A stretch of DNA of 64,000 nt from Candidatus Zixiibacteriota bacterium (GTDB lineage Bacteria; Zixibacteria; MSB-5A5; UBA10806; 4484-95). The stretch covers positions 128,001 through 192,000 of the forward strand of contig JBBIRK010000002.1 of assembly GCA_037441845.1 (NCBI GenBank), read 5' to 3'. Shown here piece after piece: positions 54,286-64,000 of the stretch; positions within the stretch are counted from its first letter, which is position 1; each line of letters starts with the position of its first letter. The notes under the pieces are model-generated. The model worked only from the letters and a program-made list of their open reading frames with translations, did no database searches and was not told the DNA's origin. The translations under genes were made by a program, and so were the position numbers.

Positions 54286-56652
54286 TTATTCCTCTAACAT
54301 ATGGTCGATATATCGCCGGTCACCCTCGAATCTCAGCCGAAAACTTCCGACCATGCCGGTTGACCAGGTGATATCCTCCATATACGTCAAATGTTCCCTA
54401 TTCCGGATCGGCCTCGCCCCGAACCTGTCGGGGCTGAATACCAACAGATCCGGTTTGACCTGTTCCAGTTTCTCGAGCACTCCGCCATAAGGCTGAACCG
54501 ACCAGGGGAGTTCCAGCACCAGAGCCTCCGAAATAACTTTATCGGCATATTCGGGTTTTATATCTCCTGCCAGGATACTCACCGATCCTGTCGGCTCCAT
54601 CTTAACCTTATAATAAGAGACGCTTTTCCACAACTCGTTATTGTTATCGGAATAGAACAACCCAATATTAATCAGATCATTCATTTTTACTTCCGTTATC
54701 CGCCCGTCCTCGATACCGACCGATCCGGCGATCGCTGTTTCTCTATGAATCACTCCCCCAATGTTGACGCCGTCGGCTATATTGGTGATTATTTCCTGCT
54801 GGTCGTTGAACAGGGTGTCGATTTTGGTTATACCCACATGGCGCAGATAGGGAAACAGCGACAACTCGAGCTGGCGGCACCTTTCCGGTTCGTGGCAATC
54901 GAACCAGAGATAGTTTCTACCTTCGGCGCTCGATAGCAAAATCGCCCGATCCGGCCCGCAATCGATAAAAGTCAGCGATGCGCTTCGGCTGCCATACAAA
55001 TATGAGGTCCAAACCAATATCCCGGCGGCGCCCAACCCTATGATCGCGGATTTGAAACTGAATCTTCTGAAAAATACCAACTGAGAGAAAAAATAGAGCG
55101 CCGCGAAATACAACACGATTCCGCCTCGAGGCGGAGTGCTTATGGTCATGATCGCTCCCGGAAGCCCCTTAAAAAAAGAGAGCAGCGGAACCACCGACGA
55201 TAGGCAAACGTCCAGCGGAATCGAATAAATCCGGGCGGCGATATCACCCAGCCATAAAAACGGCAGAAACAATAATCCCCCCACCGTCAAAACACTCGCA
55301 AGAAACGCCATAGGGAAATTGGCCAGCAACCCCATCAGCGGCAAGCGATCGAAATAATACCCCGTAAGCGGCAAAACCGACAACTGCGCGGCCAATGTCA
55401 ACGCAAAGACCGATCCCATCGCATAAAGCAGCCGCGCCGGCGCTCCTGTCGGACGACCGAACAGTCTCCCAAACAGCGGAACTCCATAAATGATTCCGCC
55501 CGCAGCCAGCATCGATAGTTGAAACCCGATATTGAACAGCCAGAGCGGCTTTATGATCAACAATACCAAGCCGGCGAAACCCAATAGACCCAGATAATCG
55601 GGATTCTTTTCCCGCGAAAATCCGATCAATCCGATCACCGCCATGGCCGTGGCTCTGGTCACCGATGGTTCATTGCGGGTCAAGAAACTGAACATGACCA
55701 GCACCAGAAGACAGATAAATATCCTTAGCCGGCGTCCGACCCCTTTCAATATCCATAAACAAAAACCAGCCACGATCGCCACGTTCGACCCGGAAACCGC
55801 CATCAAATGCAACGTCCCCGTATCCGAAAAAAGCCGGGCGATCTCGTCGGGAATCCCCCTTCGCTCGCCAAGCACGAAACCGCCTAGTAATGCCGACTTT
55901 ACCGGCCCAAAATAGCGGGCGTAGCCGTCGAGCAGATATTCCCGTATCGGAGCGATGACCCGGTTGTGAAAAAGCATATCGAGCCTTCGCTCGGCTCCCT
56001 CGTGATCTTGTCGTATCGTAATCAGGCTCGGATCGGCCGCCGTCATCATGGCGAATATCCCGCGGTTGTTCAGGTATCCGGCATAATCGAATCCGCCGGG
56101 GATACGGCTTTCCCCGGGGGCGAACAGCGGCCCGGAAAATTGCAGGCGATCGCCGTAAGCGAATCTCGTCGTCGGCTCATTGATTTTTACGATCATCTTT
56201 CCCGACGATGCGATCGTCCGCCGCCGCCAGGTTACCGAATCCACCTTGACCGTCAAATAGGTCTTTTCCAGTCTCAGATCCGGTTCCTCGGCTATGCTGC
56301 CGATCACTTCCACCATTCCCCCGTAACCTGCAATCCGCGAAATATGTGTGGGCGGGAAACCGGTAACCGCTATCTGATACTGGCATATTCCGATCACCGA
56401 AATCGTCAGGTAAAGCAATCTGGACGCCGTTTCCCGATGATTTTTCAGATGCGCCGCCAAAGCGGCGATCGCAGCGGCAATCGCGAGCGCAAAAAAATGA
56501 TACGGCCTTTCCGGCAAAACCGTCCCCAGATATATGCCTATAGCGTAAAACGCGAAAACGGTCAGAGCGGGGCGGCGGGCGAACAAGCCGGTTTCAGTGT
56601 TTCTATTTTCCGCTTCGGGTCGCTTTTGCCGAACTGTCGACTTCGCCACCAA
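54286..56652 (-). CDS. comEC: ComEC/Rec2 competence protein with degenerate beta-lactamase-like domain
   Basis: OB/DUF4131 region (IPGGFDYAGYL); TGTLHLMAVSGSNV, PSVTRA, IGFQLS; C-terminal FIDCGPD without HxHxDH. Confidence 0.9.
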   Translation of the reverse strand: MVAKSTVRQKRPEAENRNTETGLFARRPALTVFAFYAIGIYLGTVLPERPYHFFALAIAAAIAALAAHLKNHRETASRLLYLTISVIGICQYQIAVTGFPPTHISRIAGYGGMVEVIGSIAEEPDLRLEKTYLTVKVDSVTWRRRTIASSGKMIVKINEPTTRFAYGDRLQFSGPLFAPGESRIPGGFDYAGYLNNRGIFAMMTAADPSLITIRQDHEGAERRLDMLFHNRVIAPIREYLLDGYARYFGPVKSALLGGFVLGERRGIPDEIARLFSDTGTLHLMAVSGSNVAIVAGFCLWILKGVGRRLRIFICLLVLVMFSFLTRNEPSVTRATAMAVIGLIGFSREKNPDYLGLLGFAGLVLLIIKPLWLFNIGFQLSMLAAGGIIYGVPLFGRLFGRPTGAPARLLYAMGSVFALTLAAQLSVLPLTGYYFDRLPLMGLLANFPMAFLASVLTVGGLLFLPFLWLGDIAARIYSIPLDVCLSSVVPLLSFFKGLPGAIMTISTPPRGGIVLYFAALYFFSQLVFFRRFSFKSAIIGLGAAGILVWTSYLYGSRSASLTFIDCGPDRAILLSSAEGRNYLWFDCHEPERCRQLELSLFPYLRHVGITKIDTLFNDQQEIITNIADGVNIGGVIHRETAIAGSVGIEDGRITEVKMNDLINIGLFYSDNNNELWKSVSYYKVKMEPTGSVSILAGDIKPEYADKVISEALVLELPWSVQPYGGVLEKLEQVKPDLLVFSPDRFGARPIRNREHLTYMEDITWSTGMVGSFRLRFEGDRRYIDHMLEE

Positions 56653-56672
56653 TTTCGATGCCGCCGCTTTGG

Positions 56673-57581
56673 TTAAAACTTATAGTCCTCGGGACAAGTC
56701 GATTTCCAACGGCGATGAGACCATAGATATTGTTCGGGAAATCGCCGCACGTAATTTCCGAGAATATCGTTGCTGGCCTGGGTCAACCTCTTGATATCTT
56801 CTTCTTTATCCCCCGATGGCTCGATGGTCACCGGACCTTCCAGATAAAGCACATGCTCGTCCAGTCCGGTCCGCACGAAATTCCCCACATAAATCGGGCA
56901 ACCGGTCTTAAGCGCGAATGCCGCCGGTCCCTTGGCGGTAGAGGCCGGCCGCCCGAGAAAATCGATAATCACGCCGTCGTCGCCGGCATCTTGATCGGCC
57001 AGCATGGCCACCCCTCTTCCTTTTTTCAGTGCGCCGAATACGCCGCGGGCCGCAACTCCGATCTCGATCAACCCGATTCCGAACATCGACCTGTGTTTAT
57101 TCATCAGATCATTCACCCGGCGATTGCTCTGAATTCCCACCAGAAAATCGATCGGCAGCCCGATTTGCGCCAAATAAGCCCCTACCAATTCCCAGCTCCC
57201 GAAATGCCCCGAAAACAAAACCGCTCCACGGCCGGTCCGGAAATGCTCCTTAAGCGAATCTCCTCCGACTATTTTTATCTTCTTGGATAGGTCGCTTGAG
57301 GCGAACCTCGGAAAAAGCGCGAATTCGATAAGGCTGCGCGCGAAATTTATATACGACCTGCGGCCGATCCGCGCCAGCTCCGAACGACTGAAACTTCCGC
57401 CGAAAGTCCTTTTCAGATTCACCATCGTGACCCGGCGCCGATACCGCACGACCGTAAACAGAACCCAGCCCAGAATGTCTCCCATCCGCAGGGCCGCCCG
57501 CAGCGGCAGCATATTGACGATCGCTGTTATCAGGCGCAGCGCCGCGTATTCAATCGAATGTCGTATATTCTTGACCGTCAT
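56673..57581 (-). CDS. Lipid A biosynthesis (LpxL/LpxP-family) acyltransferase
   Basis: GHFGSWE, LADQD, DFLGRPA, PEQYLWSHRRWK. Confidence 0.92.
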   Translation of the reverse strand: MTVKNIRHSIEYAALRLITAIVNMLPLRAALRMGDILGWVLFTVVRYRRRVTMVNLKRTFGGSFSRSELARIGRRSYINFARSLIEFALFPRFASSDLSKKIKIVGGDSLKEHFRTGRGAVLFSGHFGSWELVGAYLAQIGLPIDFLVGIQSNRRVNDLMNKHRSMFGIGLIEIGVAARGVFGALKKGRGVAMLADQDAGDDGVIIDFLGRPASTAKGPAAFALKTGCPIYVGNFVRTGLDEHVLYLEGPVTIEPSGDKEEDIKRLTQASNDILGNYVRRFPEQYLWSHRRWKSTCPEDYKF

Positions 57582-58464
57582 GACGCAGCTTCTCCAGCCG
57601 TTTCCATTCCCTGAGTTTCCGGCGCGATTGCATCTTCTTTATGGCGTAGATCAACACGAATAACAGCGGTAGAGCCAGAAACAGCAATTGCGAATCGAAA
57701 ATAAATAAGATGAATCGATACTTCCGGGTAGTTTCCGACTGCCACTTGCCCACCCATTCCAAATAGCGATAGCCGGTCAATCTGAAAAAAGTGCCGTAAA
57801 AATCCCCAGATTCCCTATAGGTTTCGAAAAACTGCCCGTAAAATTCGATTCCGAAGTCCCGGGTCATGGCCGTGACCGCTTGATACGATTGAGCATAAGC
57901 GAGAGCGGCCTTGGCGCTGCCGAACCAGTTTACGCTTTCCAGCGAAACCAACGGCAGCAGACCGCCTCCCCAGACGGCGCGGGTCAACAACACATCCTGA
58001 GACATCCGCCACTCACCGGAAAGCATCTGACACAAGCCTTCTTCGAACCAGCGCGGCAGCCATTTTTTGCCCAATGCCGCATAAATCGCGATATGGCAGA
58101 GCTCGTGCCCCAGAAGCTCATCCAGACTTTTGCCGCCCGGAAACCGCTCGGTCGATCTGACGATTATCAGGTTGCGTTCTTTCAGCGCGGCAGCCGCCCC
58201 CCAGTCGGGGAAATCTTCTCCGACCAGTTCGGTGAAACGTCGCTGGTCAGCGGCGATCACCACCTTCACCGTATCGGTTAATTCGACTTTGAAAACCGAG
58301 CTTAACTTATTCAGGTGCTTGTCAAGATAACCATTCACCGTCCGTTCCATACCGGACGGCGATTCAATTACGAAAACCGCCGCCGGACATGTCTGCAACG
58401 GTATGGCGATCGCCAGAAATCCGGCGGCGGCAATCAGGCCTCGGAACCGTTCAAGCCAGCGTAT
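57550..58464 (-). CDS. Peptidase MA family metallohydrolase with C-terminal TM anchor
   Basis: HELCH...LPRWFEEG...AYAQS; frame open upstream of the track's TTG (58398) through a signal-peptide-like stretch to an ATA at 58464; start uncertain. Confidence 0.8.
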   Translation of the reverse strand: MRWLERFRGLIAAAGFLAIAIPLQTCPAAVFVIESPSGMERTVNGYLDKHLNKLSSVFKVELTDTVKVVIAADQRRFTELVGEDFPDWGAAAALKERNLIIVRSTERFPGGKSLDELLGHELCHIAIYAALGKKWLPRWFEEGLCQMLSGEWRMSQDVLLTRAVWGGGLLPLVSLESVNWFGSAKAALAYAQSYQAVTAMTRDFGIEFYGQFFETYRESGDFYGTFFRLTGYRYLEWVGKWQSETTRKYRFILFIFDSQLLFLALPLLFVLIYAIKKMQSRRKLREWKRLEKLRHDGQEYTTFD

Positions 58465-59137
58465 AGGACTCTCCGGGTTTGAGAATCACGCATTCGCTTC
58501 CGAGCGGCTTTATCAAACGGGCGAATTCCTCCGGATCGGCCTTTATCAAATCGAAAGTGCTGTAATGCATGGGAATCGCCACCTTCGGCCTAAGTATTTC
58601 CACCGCTTTGGCGGCGTCCTTGGCGTCCATGGTGAAAAATCCGCCGATCGGCAACATCGCCGCATCCAGTTTATCGAGCTCGCCGATCAATTTCATATCC
58701 ATGAACAACCCGGTATCGCCCGAATGATAAACCACCTTGCCTCCCATCCGCACTACGAATCCCACCGGCGCTCCGCCGTAACCCGGATCGTTGCCGAGAG
58801 TCGATCCATGATGCGCGATCGTGAGTTTCACCGAACCGAACGGAAGAGTCGCCACCCCGCCTATATGCGGGCCCATCGTCTTCTTTACGCCTTTGGAGGA
58901 ACAATACAGTGAAAGCTCGAAATTCGAAACGATCGTCGCCTCGTTCTTGCGGGCTATTTCTATGGCGTCGCCCAGATGGTCGCCATGTCCGTGGGTGAGT
59001 AAAATATAATCGACCTTAAGATCGTTGACGCCGACTTTCGCGGCCGGATTGTTGGCGATAAACGGATCGATCACCACTCGGTATTTTCCGTCGTCCAGCA
59101 AGAAACATGCATGACCTATAAACGTCAATTTCAACAT
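58451..59137 (-). CDS. UPF0173-type metallo-beta-lactamase-fold hydrolase
   Basis: GHACF, IDPF, THGHGDH, YHSGDT, LPIGG, IPMHY. Confidence 0.92.
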   Translation of the reverse strand: MLKLTFIGHACFLLDDGKYRVVIDPFIANNPAAKVGVNDLKVDYILLTHGHGDHLGDAIEIARKNEATIVSNFELSLYCSSKGVKKTMGPHIGGVATLPFGSVKLTIAHHGSTLGNDPGYGGAPVGFVVRMGGKVVYHSGDTGLFMDMKLIGELDKLDAAMLPIGGFFTMDAKDAAKAVEILRPKVAIPMHYSTFDLIKADPEEFARLIKPLGSECVILKPGESYTLA

Positions 59138-59153
59138 GATACCTCCTCACTAT

Positions 59154-60254
59154 CTATTTGATTGCGCCACCTGCCTGATCCGCACTCCACGGCCGCCTTC
59201 TTTCTCCGGCGATTACTCCTCCGCCGAGAACCACATCGCCGTGGTAAAACACCGCCGATTGGCCGGGCGTCACCGCTCTCTGCGGCAAAGCGAATTCCAC
59301 TTTTGCCGTGTCCGCGCCCGTTATCGTCACCCGACAATCGGCCGGCTCATGTTTATATCTTATTTTCACCCGACAGTCAATCGTCCTTCCGATCGGAATA
59401 TCCACGAACCAGTTGGCGTCGCGGACCTCCATGGTTTCCCGATAAAGATCCGAATCCGTTCCGACGATCACCCGGTTACGCTCGCGATCGATTTCAACTA
59501 CATACAACGGCTGGGCGAAAGATATCCCGAGACCGCGCCGCTGCCCGATTGTATAATGCTCCAATCCTCGGTGCCGGCCGAGAACGGATCCATCGAGTGC
59601 GCATATCTCCCCCGGGACCCCCTCGCCCACCAGCCGAACGTGATCGCCATCGGGGGCGAAACAGATATCCTGACTCTCTTTGTAATCTTCGGCTATCAAA
59701 TCGTTCTCGATCGCCAGCGCCCGGACATCGCTTTTTCTGTATCCCCCCAATGGGAAAATCGTTCTTTCCAAGAATTCGGGCTTGACCTGCCAGAGCGCGT
59801 AAGACTGATCCTTTTCCTCGAAGGTAGCCCTCCCCGGGCAGGTTTTCCCCTCGTATTTTACAATCCGCGCATAATGTCCAGTGGCGACAGAATCGGCTTC
59901 CAACTTATCCGCGATCGCGATAAGTTCGGGCCAGCGCACCAGGGCGTTGCATCTCACGCAAGGATTCGGGGTGATCCCGCTTCGGTAAGAAAGCGCGAAA
60001 TCATCGAGAACCTCCCGCCTGAATTCATCCACTCGATTCAATACGTAATGCGGAATTCCGAGCCTATGACAGTTGTTCCTCGCCCGATTGATCTGCTCCA
60101 GCGAACAGCATCCGCCCTTTATCGGGTCGCTCGAAAACAGGTTGTTGTCGAAATTCTTGAACGTGACACCGATTACGTCATGACCTTGATTTCGCAACAA
60201 CAAAGCGGCCGCCGATGAGTCCACGCCGCCGGACATGGCCAAAATGACTCTCAT
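59154..60254 (-). CDS. mnmA: tRNA 2-thiouridylase MnmA
   Basis: AMSGGVDSS, TPNPCVRCN, ATGHYA, KDQSY, ESQDICF, YTIGQRRGL, VTPGQSAVFY. Confidence 0.95.
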   Translation of the reverse strand: MRVILAMSGGVDSSAAALLLRNQGHDVIGVTFKNFDNNLFSSDPIKGGCCSLEQINRARNNCHRLGIPHYVLNRVDEFRREVLDDFALSYRSGITPNPCVRCNALVRWPELIAIADKLEADSVATGHYARIVKYEGKTCPGRATFEEKDQSYALWQVKPEFLERTIFPLGGYRKSDVRALAIENDLIAEDYKESQDICFAPDGDHVRLVGEGVPGEICALDGSVLGRHRGLEHYTIGQRRGLGISFAQPLYVVEIDRERNRVIVGTDSDLYRETMEVRDANWFVDIPIGRTIDCRVKIRYKHEPADCRVTITGADTAKVEFALPQRAVTPGQSAVFYHGDVVLGGGVIAGERRRPWSADQAGGAIK

Positions 60255-60333
60255 ATGGTCTATCCGCTTGAAACCGCGATATTCGATTATTTCCGGTGAA
60301 TCCGATTTACCGCCGAATCCGCCGTTCCAGAAT

Positions 60334-61488
60334 TCAACGAATCGGCGAAATCGTCCTCATCCGGACCACCTCTTGGGCCACCGTCTCGACTATTTCATCA
60401 ATCTCGTCGATACTATTGGAGCGTCCGAACGAAAAGCGGATTGCGCCGTGAGCGTATTCGGGCGGCAGTCCAAGCGCATTTATCACGTGCGATGCGTTCA
60501 TCGAACCCGAGGAACAGGCCGACCCGGTCGAAACCGCGATTCCCTTCAAATCGAGCCCGAGCGCGATCGATTCCGCCTCGACCCCCCGAAAAGCGATACT
60601 TACGGTGTTGGGAACGCATCTATCCTGCCTGCCCAAAATCATGACATCCGAAACCCTCTGTTTGATCAGCCCGATAAATTTTTCTTTCATCTTCGAAAGA
60701 CGATCGGCCTCGGTTTGGATAGATGCCGCCGCCAGCTCGAGCGCCTTGGCCATACCGACTATCCCGGGAACGTTTTCCGTTCCGGCGCGGCGGTTGAATT
60801 CATGCGACCCGCCGTGGCTGAGCGGCTCGATTTTCACCTTTTTCCTCACGTAAAGAAATCCCGCACCTTTCGGTCCGTAAAACTTGTGCGCCGAGGCGGA
60901 AAACAAATCGACCCCGAGCTCACCGATATGCAGTTTTATTTTGCCCGTGCTCTGCACGGCGTCGGTATGAAAAACGATTTCCTTCTCGTGCGCGATCGCC
61001 GCCATTTCGCCTATCTCCTGGATAGTGCCGATTTCGTTGTTGGCGTGCATGATCGATACTAAAATCGTATCCGGCCTGATCGCCCGTCGCAACTCATCCG
61101 GCGATATCGTTCCTTCTCGGTCGGGTTTCAGATAGGTGACTTCGAAACCCTTTCTTTCGAGGTAATGGCAGCTTTCGAGAACCGCGTGATGCTCGATCGC
61201 GCTGGTTATGATATGCCGGCCGCGATTCATTCTGGCGAATGCGGCTCCCTTGACTGCGAGGTTGTCCGATTCGGTCCCGCCGGACGTGAAAGTCAATTCC
61301 TCAGGACTGCAACCTATCGATTCTGCGATTTTTTCCCGACAGCGCTCGACCGCCACTCTTGCCGCCCGCCCGAAACTATGGATCGAGCTGGCGTTTCCGC
61401 AATCGCCCCCGAAATAAGGCGTCATCGCCTCGATCACCTCCGGCAAAACCGGCGTCGTGGCGTTGTGGTCAAGATAAATCTTCTTCAT
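60334..61488 (-). CDS. iscS: Cysteine desulfurase (IscS/NifS)
   Basis: YLDHNATT, FTSGGTE, HTDAVQ, SAHKFYGPKG, RAGTEN, STGSACSS. Confidence 0.93.
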   Translation of the reverse strand: MKKIYLDHNATTPVLPEVIEAMTPYFGGDCGNASSIHSFGRAARVAVERCREKIAESIGCSPEELTFTSGGTESDNLAVKGAAFARMNRGRHIITSAIEHHAVLESCHYLERKGFEVTYLKPDREGTISPDELRRAIRPDTILVSIMHANNEIGTIQEIGEMAAIAHEKEIVFHTDAVQSTGKIKLHIGELGVDLFSASAHKFYGPKGAGFLYVRKKVKIEPLSHGGSHEFNRRAGTENVPGIVGMAKALELAAASIQTEADRLSKMKEKFIGLIKQRVSDVMILGRQDRCVPNTVSIAFRGVEAESIALGLDLKGIAVSTGSACSSGSMNASHVINALGLPPEYAHGAIRFSFGRSNSIDEIDEIVETVAQEVVRMRTISPIR

Positions 61489-61502
61489 GGGCCTCCGCCG
61501 CC

Positions 61503-61531
61503 AATCTAATTATCATGAACTCCGCTGTCAA
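61503..61531 (-). promoter_or_regulatory. Putative sigma70 promoter of iscS-mnmA
   Basis: Minus strand TTGACA-N17-TAGATT, then SD GGAGG. Confidence 0.6.
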
Positions 61532-61567
61532 GCGCAGCCGAAAATACGGTCACCGAATTCTTCTCGC

Positions 61568-62314
61568 CTATCGGTTCTTATTCGATGCGGATTTTACGAA
61601 TACGCGGAATAAACGCCGCGAATGGCGCCGCGAATATATCCTCTCGGGGTGCCATTGCACGCTGATCAAAAACGGATATCCGAGCAGTTCCAACCCCTCG
61701 ATCACCCCGTCCGGTGCAACCGCCGTTATGATCAATCCCTTCCCCGGTTTATCCACCGCCTGATGATGGCTGGAATTGCATTCGATCTGCCGACCGCCGA
61801 TTATTTTCTTCAGCAGGCTGTATTCGAGAAGCCGCACCGGGTGCATGACCCGATTCGTCTGACCGGGATCGGCATGGACCAATGCACTCCGGGAATAAAA
61901 CGAAATATCCTCATAAAGCGTCCCGCCTAATAGTACGTTGAGCAACTGATGGCCTCTACAAATACAGAAAATCGGCATTTTTCTTTTCAGCGCCTTTTCC
62001 AATAGCAATAACTCGAATTCGTCCCGCTTTTTATCCGCGATTTTGGTTTGCGGGACAGCCCTCTGACCATAATAACCGGGCGCGATGTCGGCGCCGCCGC
62101 TGAACACCAATCCATCGAGCATCTCGAGATAATCGTCAATCAATCCCCCATTCGGCAGATTCGGCAACACCACCGGCACGCCCCCCGCAGCGGCAACCGC
62201 CTGATTATAGGCGTCACCCAGCCAGATATATCGATATCGGGTCGGACGACGAATTATCCGGGCTTCCGCTTCCTGATTCGTAGTAATCCCTATTAACGGC
62301 CGCTTAGAACGCAT
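61568..62314 (-). CDS. Peptidase C26 / gamma-glutamyl-GABA hydrolase (PuuD-like) glutamine amidotransferase
   Basis: PLIGIT, FSGGADI, ICRGHQLLNV, NSSHHQAV, VQWHPE. Confidence 0.92.
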   Translation of the reverse strand: MRSKRPLIGITTNQEAEARIIRRPTRYRYIWLGDAYNQAVAAAGGVPVVLPNLPNGGLIDDYLEMLDGLVFSGGADIAPGYYGQRAVPQTKIADKKRDEFELLLLEKALKRKMPIFCICRGHQLLNVLLGGTLYEDISFYSRSALVHADPGQTNRVMHPVRLLEYSLLKKIIGGRQIECNSSHHQAVDKPGKGLIITAVAPDGVIEGLELLGYPFLISVQWHPERIYSRRHSRRLFRVFVKSASNKNR

Positions 62315-64000
62315 AAAGCAAAGTTAAATGATATGATCCGTCGGTCAAGTCAAGTTTTCGTTTAAGTCGGAACGCATATTCGAAATTGATCGGCCCTATG
62401 GGCGTGAAAAACTGCAGCCCCAACCCACTGCTGGATACGATATTCTTGAATTTGAATTCGGTCGATTTATAATAAGTTTCTCCGGCATCCAAAAATACGC
62501 TTCCCCCGAAACGCCAGAAAATCGCCCGCCGCAACTCGACATTCGTAAGCAGAAGCAACTTGCCGCCTTTCGGTCTGCCCAACAGTTCACCGGTTACCCC
62601 ATCGGCAGAACTCCATTTCGGGCCCAGCGCGTTTTCGCCGAAACCCCGAAGCGACTTGGCGCCGCCCAGCGTGAATCGATCCTCGGTTCCCGATTTCTTG
62701 TCCGCTCCCAATTCGGCTAACGCTCCAATTTTGATTCTGGTCGCCAGAATATTCTCTTCCCCCAACAATCGGTAGCGGCTCCAGGATACCGAACCCTTTA
62801 TGAAACTAAAATCTCCTCCAAGGTAATGTCCGACATAATCGAGCGACAGCGATGAATACGAGCCGCGTTGCGGAATAAAAACGTTGTCGCGGGTGTCCCG
62901 CTGCGCCGTCATCGCCAGTCTTCTCCGGATCGTATTTTTCCCCTCGATTCTGAGAATATCGGCCTCTTGGGGGCTGACTCCCCGGATACGCACGAACTCC
63001 ACCCTCATCGAAAAGCGGATATTGCTGAACCGGTCGAGCTCACGGTAAAGCGATGGTTCGATACTCAGTTTGTCGTAGTATTTGTCGATTATCGGATTTC
63101 TCGTCCTGATTTCGTAAATGGCATCGAACGAAAACGGCACCCTCATTTCGAAAAACCACGGCTCCACATAATTGGCGCGGATCTGGTTTTTTATCGGATG
63201 AAAACCCAAATCGGCGAACAGGTCGCTGAATTTCAGCGCTTGAACTTCCTCGCCGCGATTGGCGATCTGGAAACTGTTCTTGACCTCGAAAAGGACTTTA
63301 CGGCCGTTGCCGAACAGGTTGCGGCTGCCCACGGCGGCCGACGTCTGCATCGCCGATAAAAGCGCTCCGAAATACTCCTGCTGACCGATACCCAACCGCA
63401 AATTTATGAACTTCGATTTGCGTCCTGAAAGTTTCACCTCGAGCGCGGTTGCCGCCGTATCGCCGCTTATTTGGGTCAGATCCCCGGCTCGACCTATATC
63501 CACGAACTTGAATAAGCCGGTGGAATATAATCTTTGCTGGCTGTCGATTATCTCCTTGCGGCAGTATTTCTCCCCGGCTTTCTGAGTCATTTCCCGAAAA
63601 ATCACCCGGCCGGTCGATTTGTTTTCCTCTTCCTGTTTGATCCTGATCTCCGATACTATCACCAGAGAACTCTCCGCGATAGCGAACTCAATCGCCGCCC
63701 AATTCGAATCCGCGGAAATATGATAAGCAGGCTTGACAGAGGCCAGAGCATACCCGTTGTCCGCGTAATAGTCTCGGATTCGAAGAGCGGTGGCCTGGAC
63801 CATGTCGTTGTTCACCGGTTCGCCCGATTTGATCCTTTGGGTCAGCGGCCGCAGCTGCTCGTTCAATGACGGAACTCCTCCGGTATGATAAACCGTATCG
63901 ACATAAACACGCCTTCCCTCATCGATCGAGAATTTCACCACCGCTTTGGTCGAATCGGCGGGATAAAAATCTGGCACGGCTTCCGCTTTCGCGAATAAAA
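62304..64000 (-). CDS. BamA/TamA (Omp85) family outer-membrane protein, partial (start beyond the right edge)
   Basis: POTRA-like segments (YADNGY, RLYSTGLF), RNLFGNG, DTRDN, GGAKSLRGF, TPIGPI, terminal Phe. Confidence 0.92.
   Translation of the reverse strand, partial: LFAKAEAVPDFYPADSTKAVVKFSIDEGRRVYVDTVYHTGGVPSLNEQLRPLTQRIKSGEPVNNDMVQATALRIRDYYADNGYALASVKPAYHISADSNWAAIEFAIAESSLVIVSEIRIKQEEENKSTGRVIFREMTQKAGEKYCRKEIIDSQQRLYSTGLFKFVDIGRAGDLTQISGDTAATALEVKLSGRKSKFINLRLGIGQQEYFGALLSAMQTSAAVGSRNLFGNGRKVLFEVKNSFQIANRGEEVQALKFSDLFADLGFHPIKNQIRANYVEPWFFEMRVPFSFDAIYEIRTRNPIIDKYYDKLSIEPSLYRELDRFSNIRFSMRVEFVRIRGVSPQEADILRIEGKNTIRRRLAMTAQRDTRDNVFIPQRGSYSSLSLDYVGHYLGGDFSFIKGSVSWSRYRLLGEENILATRIKIGALAELGADKKSGTEDRFTLGGAKSLRGFGENALGPKWSSADGVTGELLGRPKGGKLLLLTNVELRRAIFWRFGGSVFLDAGETYYKSTEFKFKNIVSSSGLGLQFFTPIGPINFEYAFRLKRKLDLTDGSYHLTLLYAF

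Noticed and set aside
53156..54490. 444-aa plus-strand ORF
   Set aside because: Antisense to the DUF4388 gene and the end of comEC; no motifs
59136..61062. 360-aa and 275-aa plus-strand ORFs
   Set aside because: Antisense shadows of mnmA and iscS
1..64000. CRISPR arrays, tRNA/rRNA genes, transposases, integrases, prophage genes
   Set aside because: None recognised by eye; intergenic gaps are short and show no repeat-spacer structure. A covariance-model scan would be needed to exclude small RNAs

Overview
Gene-dense, moderately GC-rich bacterial window, almost entirely on the minus strand, from a diderm organism (LpxL, BamA/TamA-type barrel, secretin). Secreted peptidases with FlgD/T9SS-like C-terminal domains suggest an FCB-group lineage such as Zixibacteria (inference). 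It contains: a three-gene multi-GAF histidine kinase cluster (partial at the left edge); an OPT transporter; a type IV pilus pilM-N-O-(AMIN+PilP)-Q operon with two upstream minor-pilin-like genes; three secreted metallopeptidases; tryptophanase; an ECF S-component beside a TonB-receptor-like barrel; a housekeeping run (ftcD, PHP, TsaC, LMW-PTP, ManC, acyl-CoA synthetase); a lexA / small DUF6504-like / dinB SOS cassette; and a long run bamA-puuD-iscS-mnmA-...-lpxL-comEC leading into a DUF4388 gene, a small membrane gene, three roadblock-domain genes, mglA, mglB, pilB, pilT, pilC and pilS. The best candidate for an undescribed system is this expanded small-GTPase module, which has four roadblock proteins and an MglA carrying a ~200-aa tail ending in a membrane-targeting-like motif. 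It is embedded between comEC and the pilus motors. A recurring sigma28-like promoter motif links it to the pilM operon, pilT, the GAF kinases and a Zn-ribbon/TPR membrane protein. No rRNA, tRNA, CRISPR array or mobile element was recognised. All family calls come from motif recognition by eye, not from database searches.
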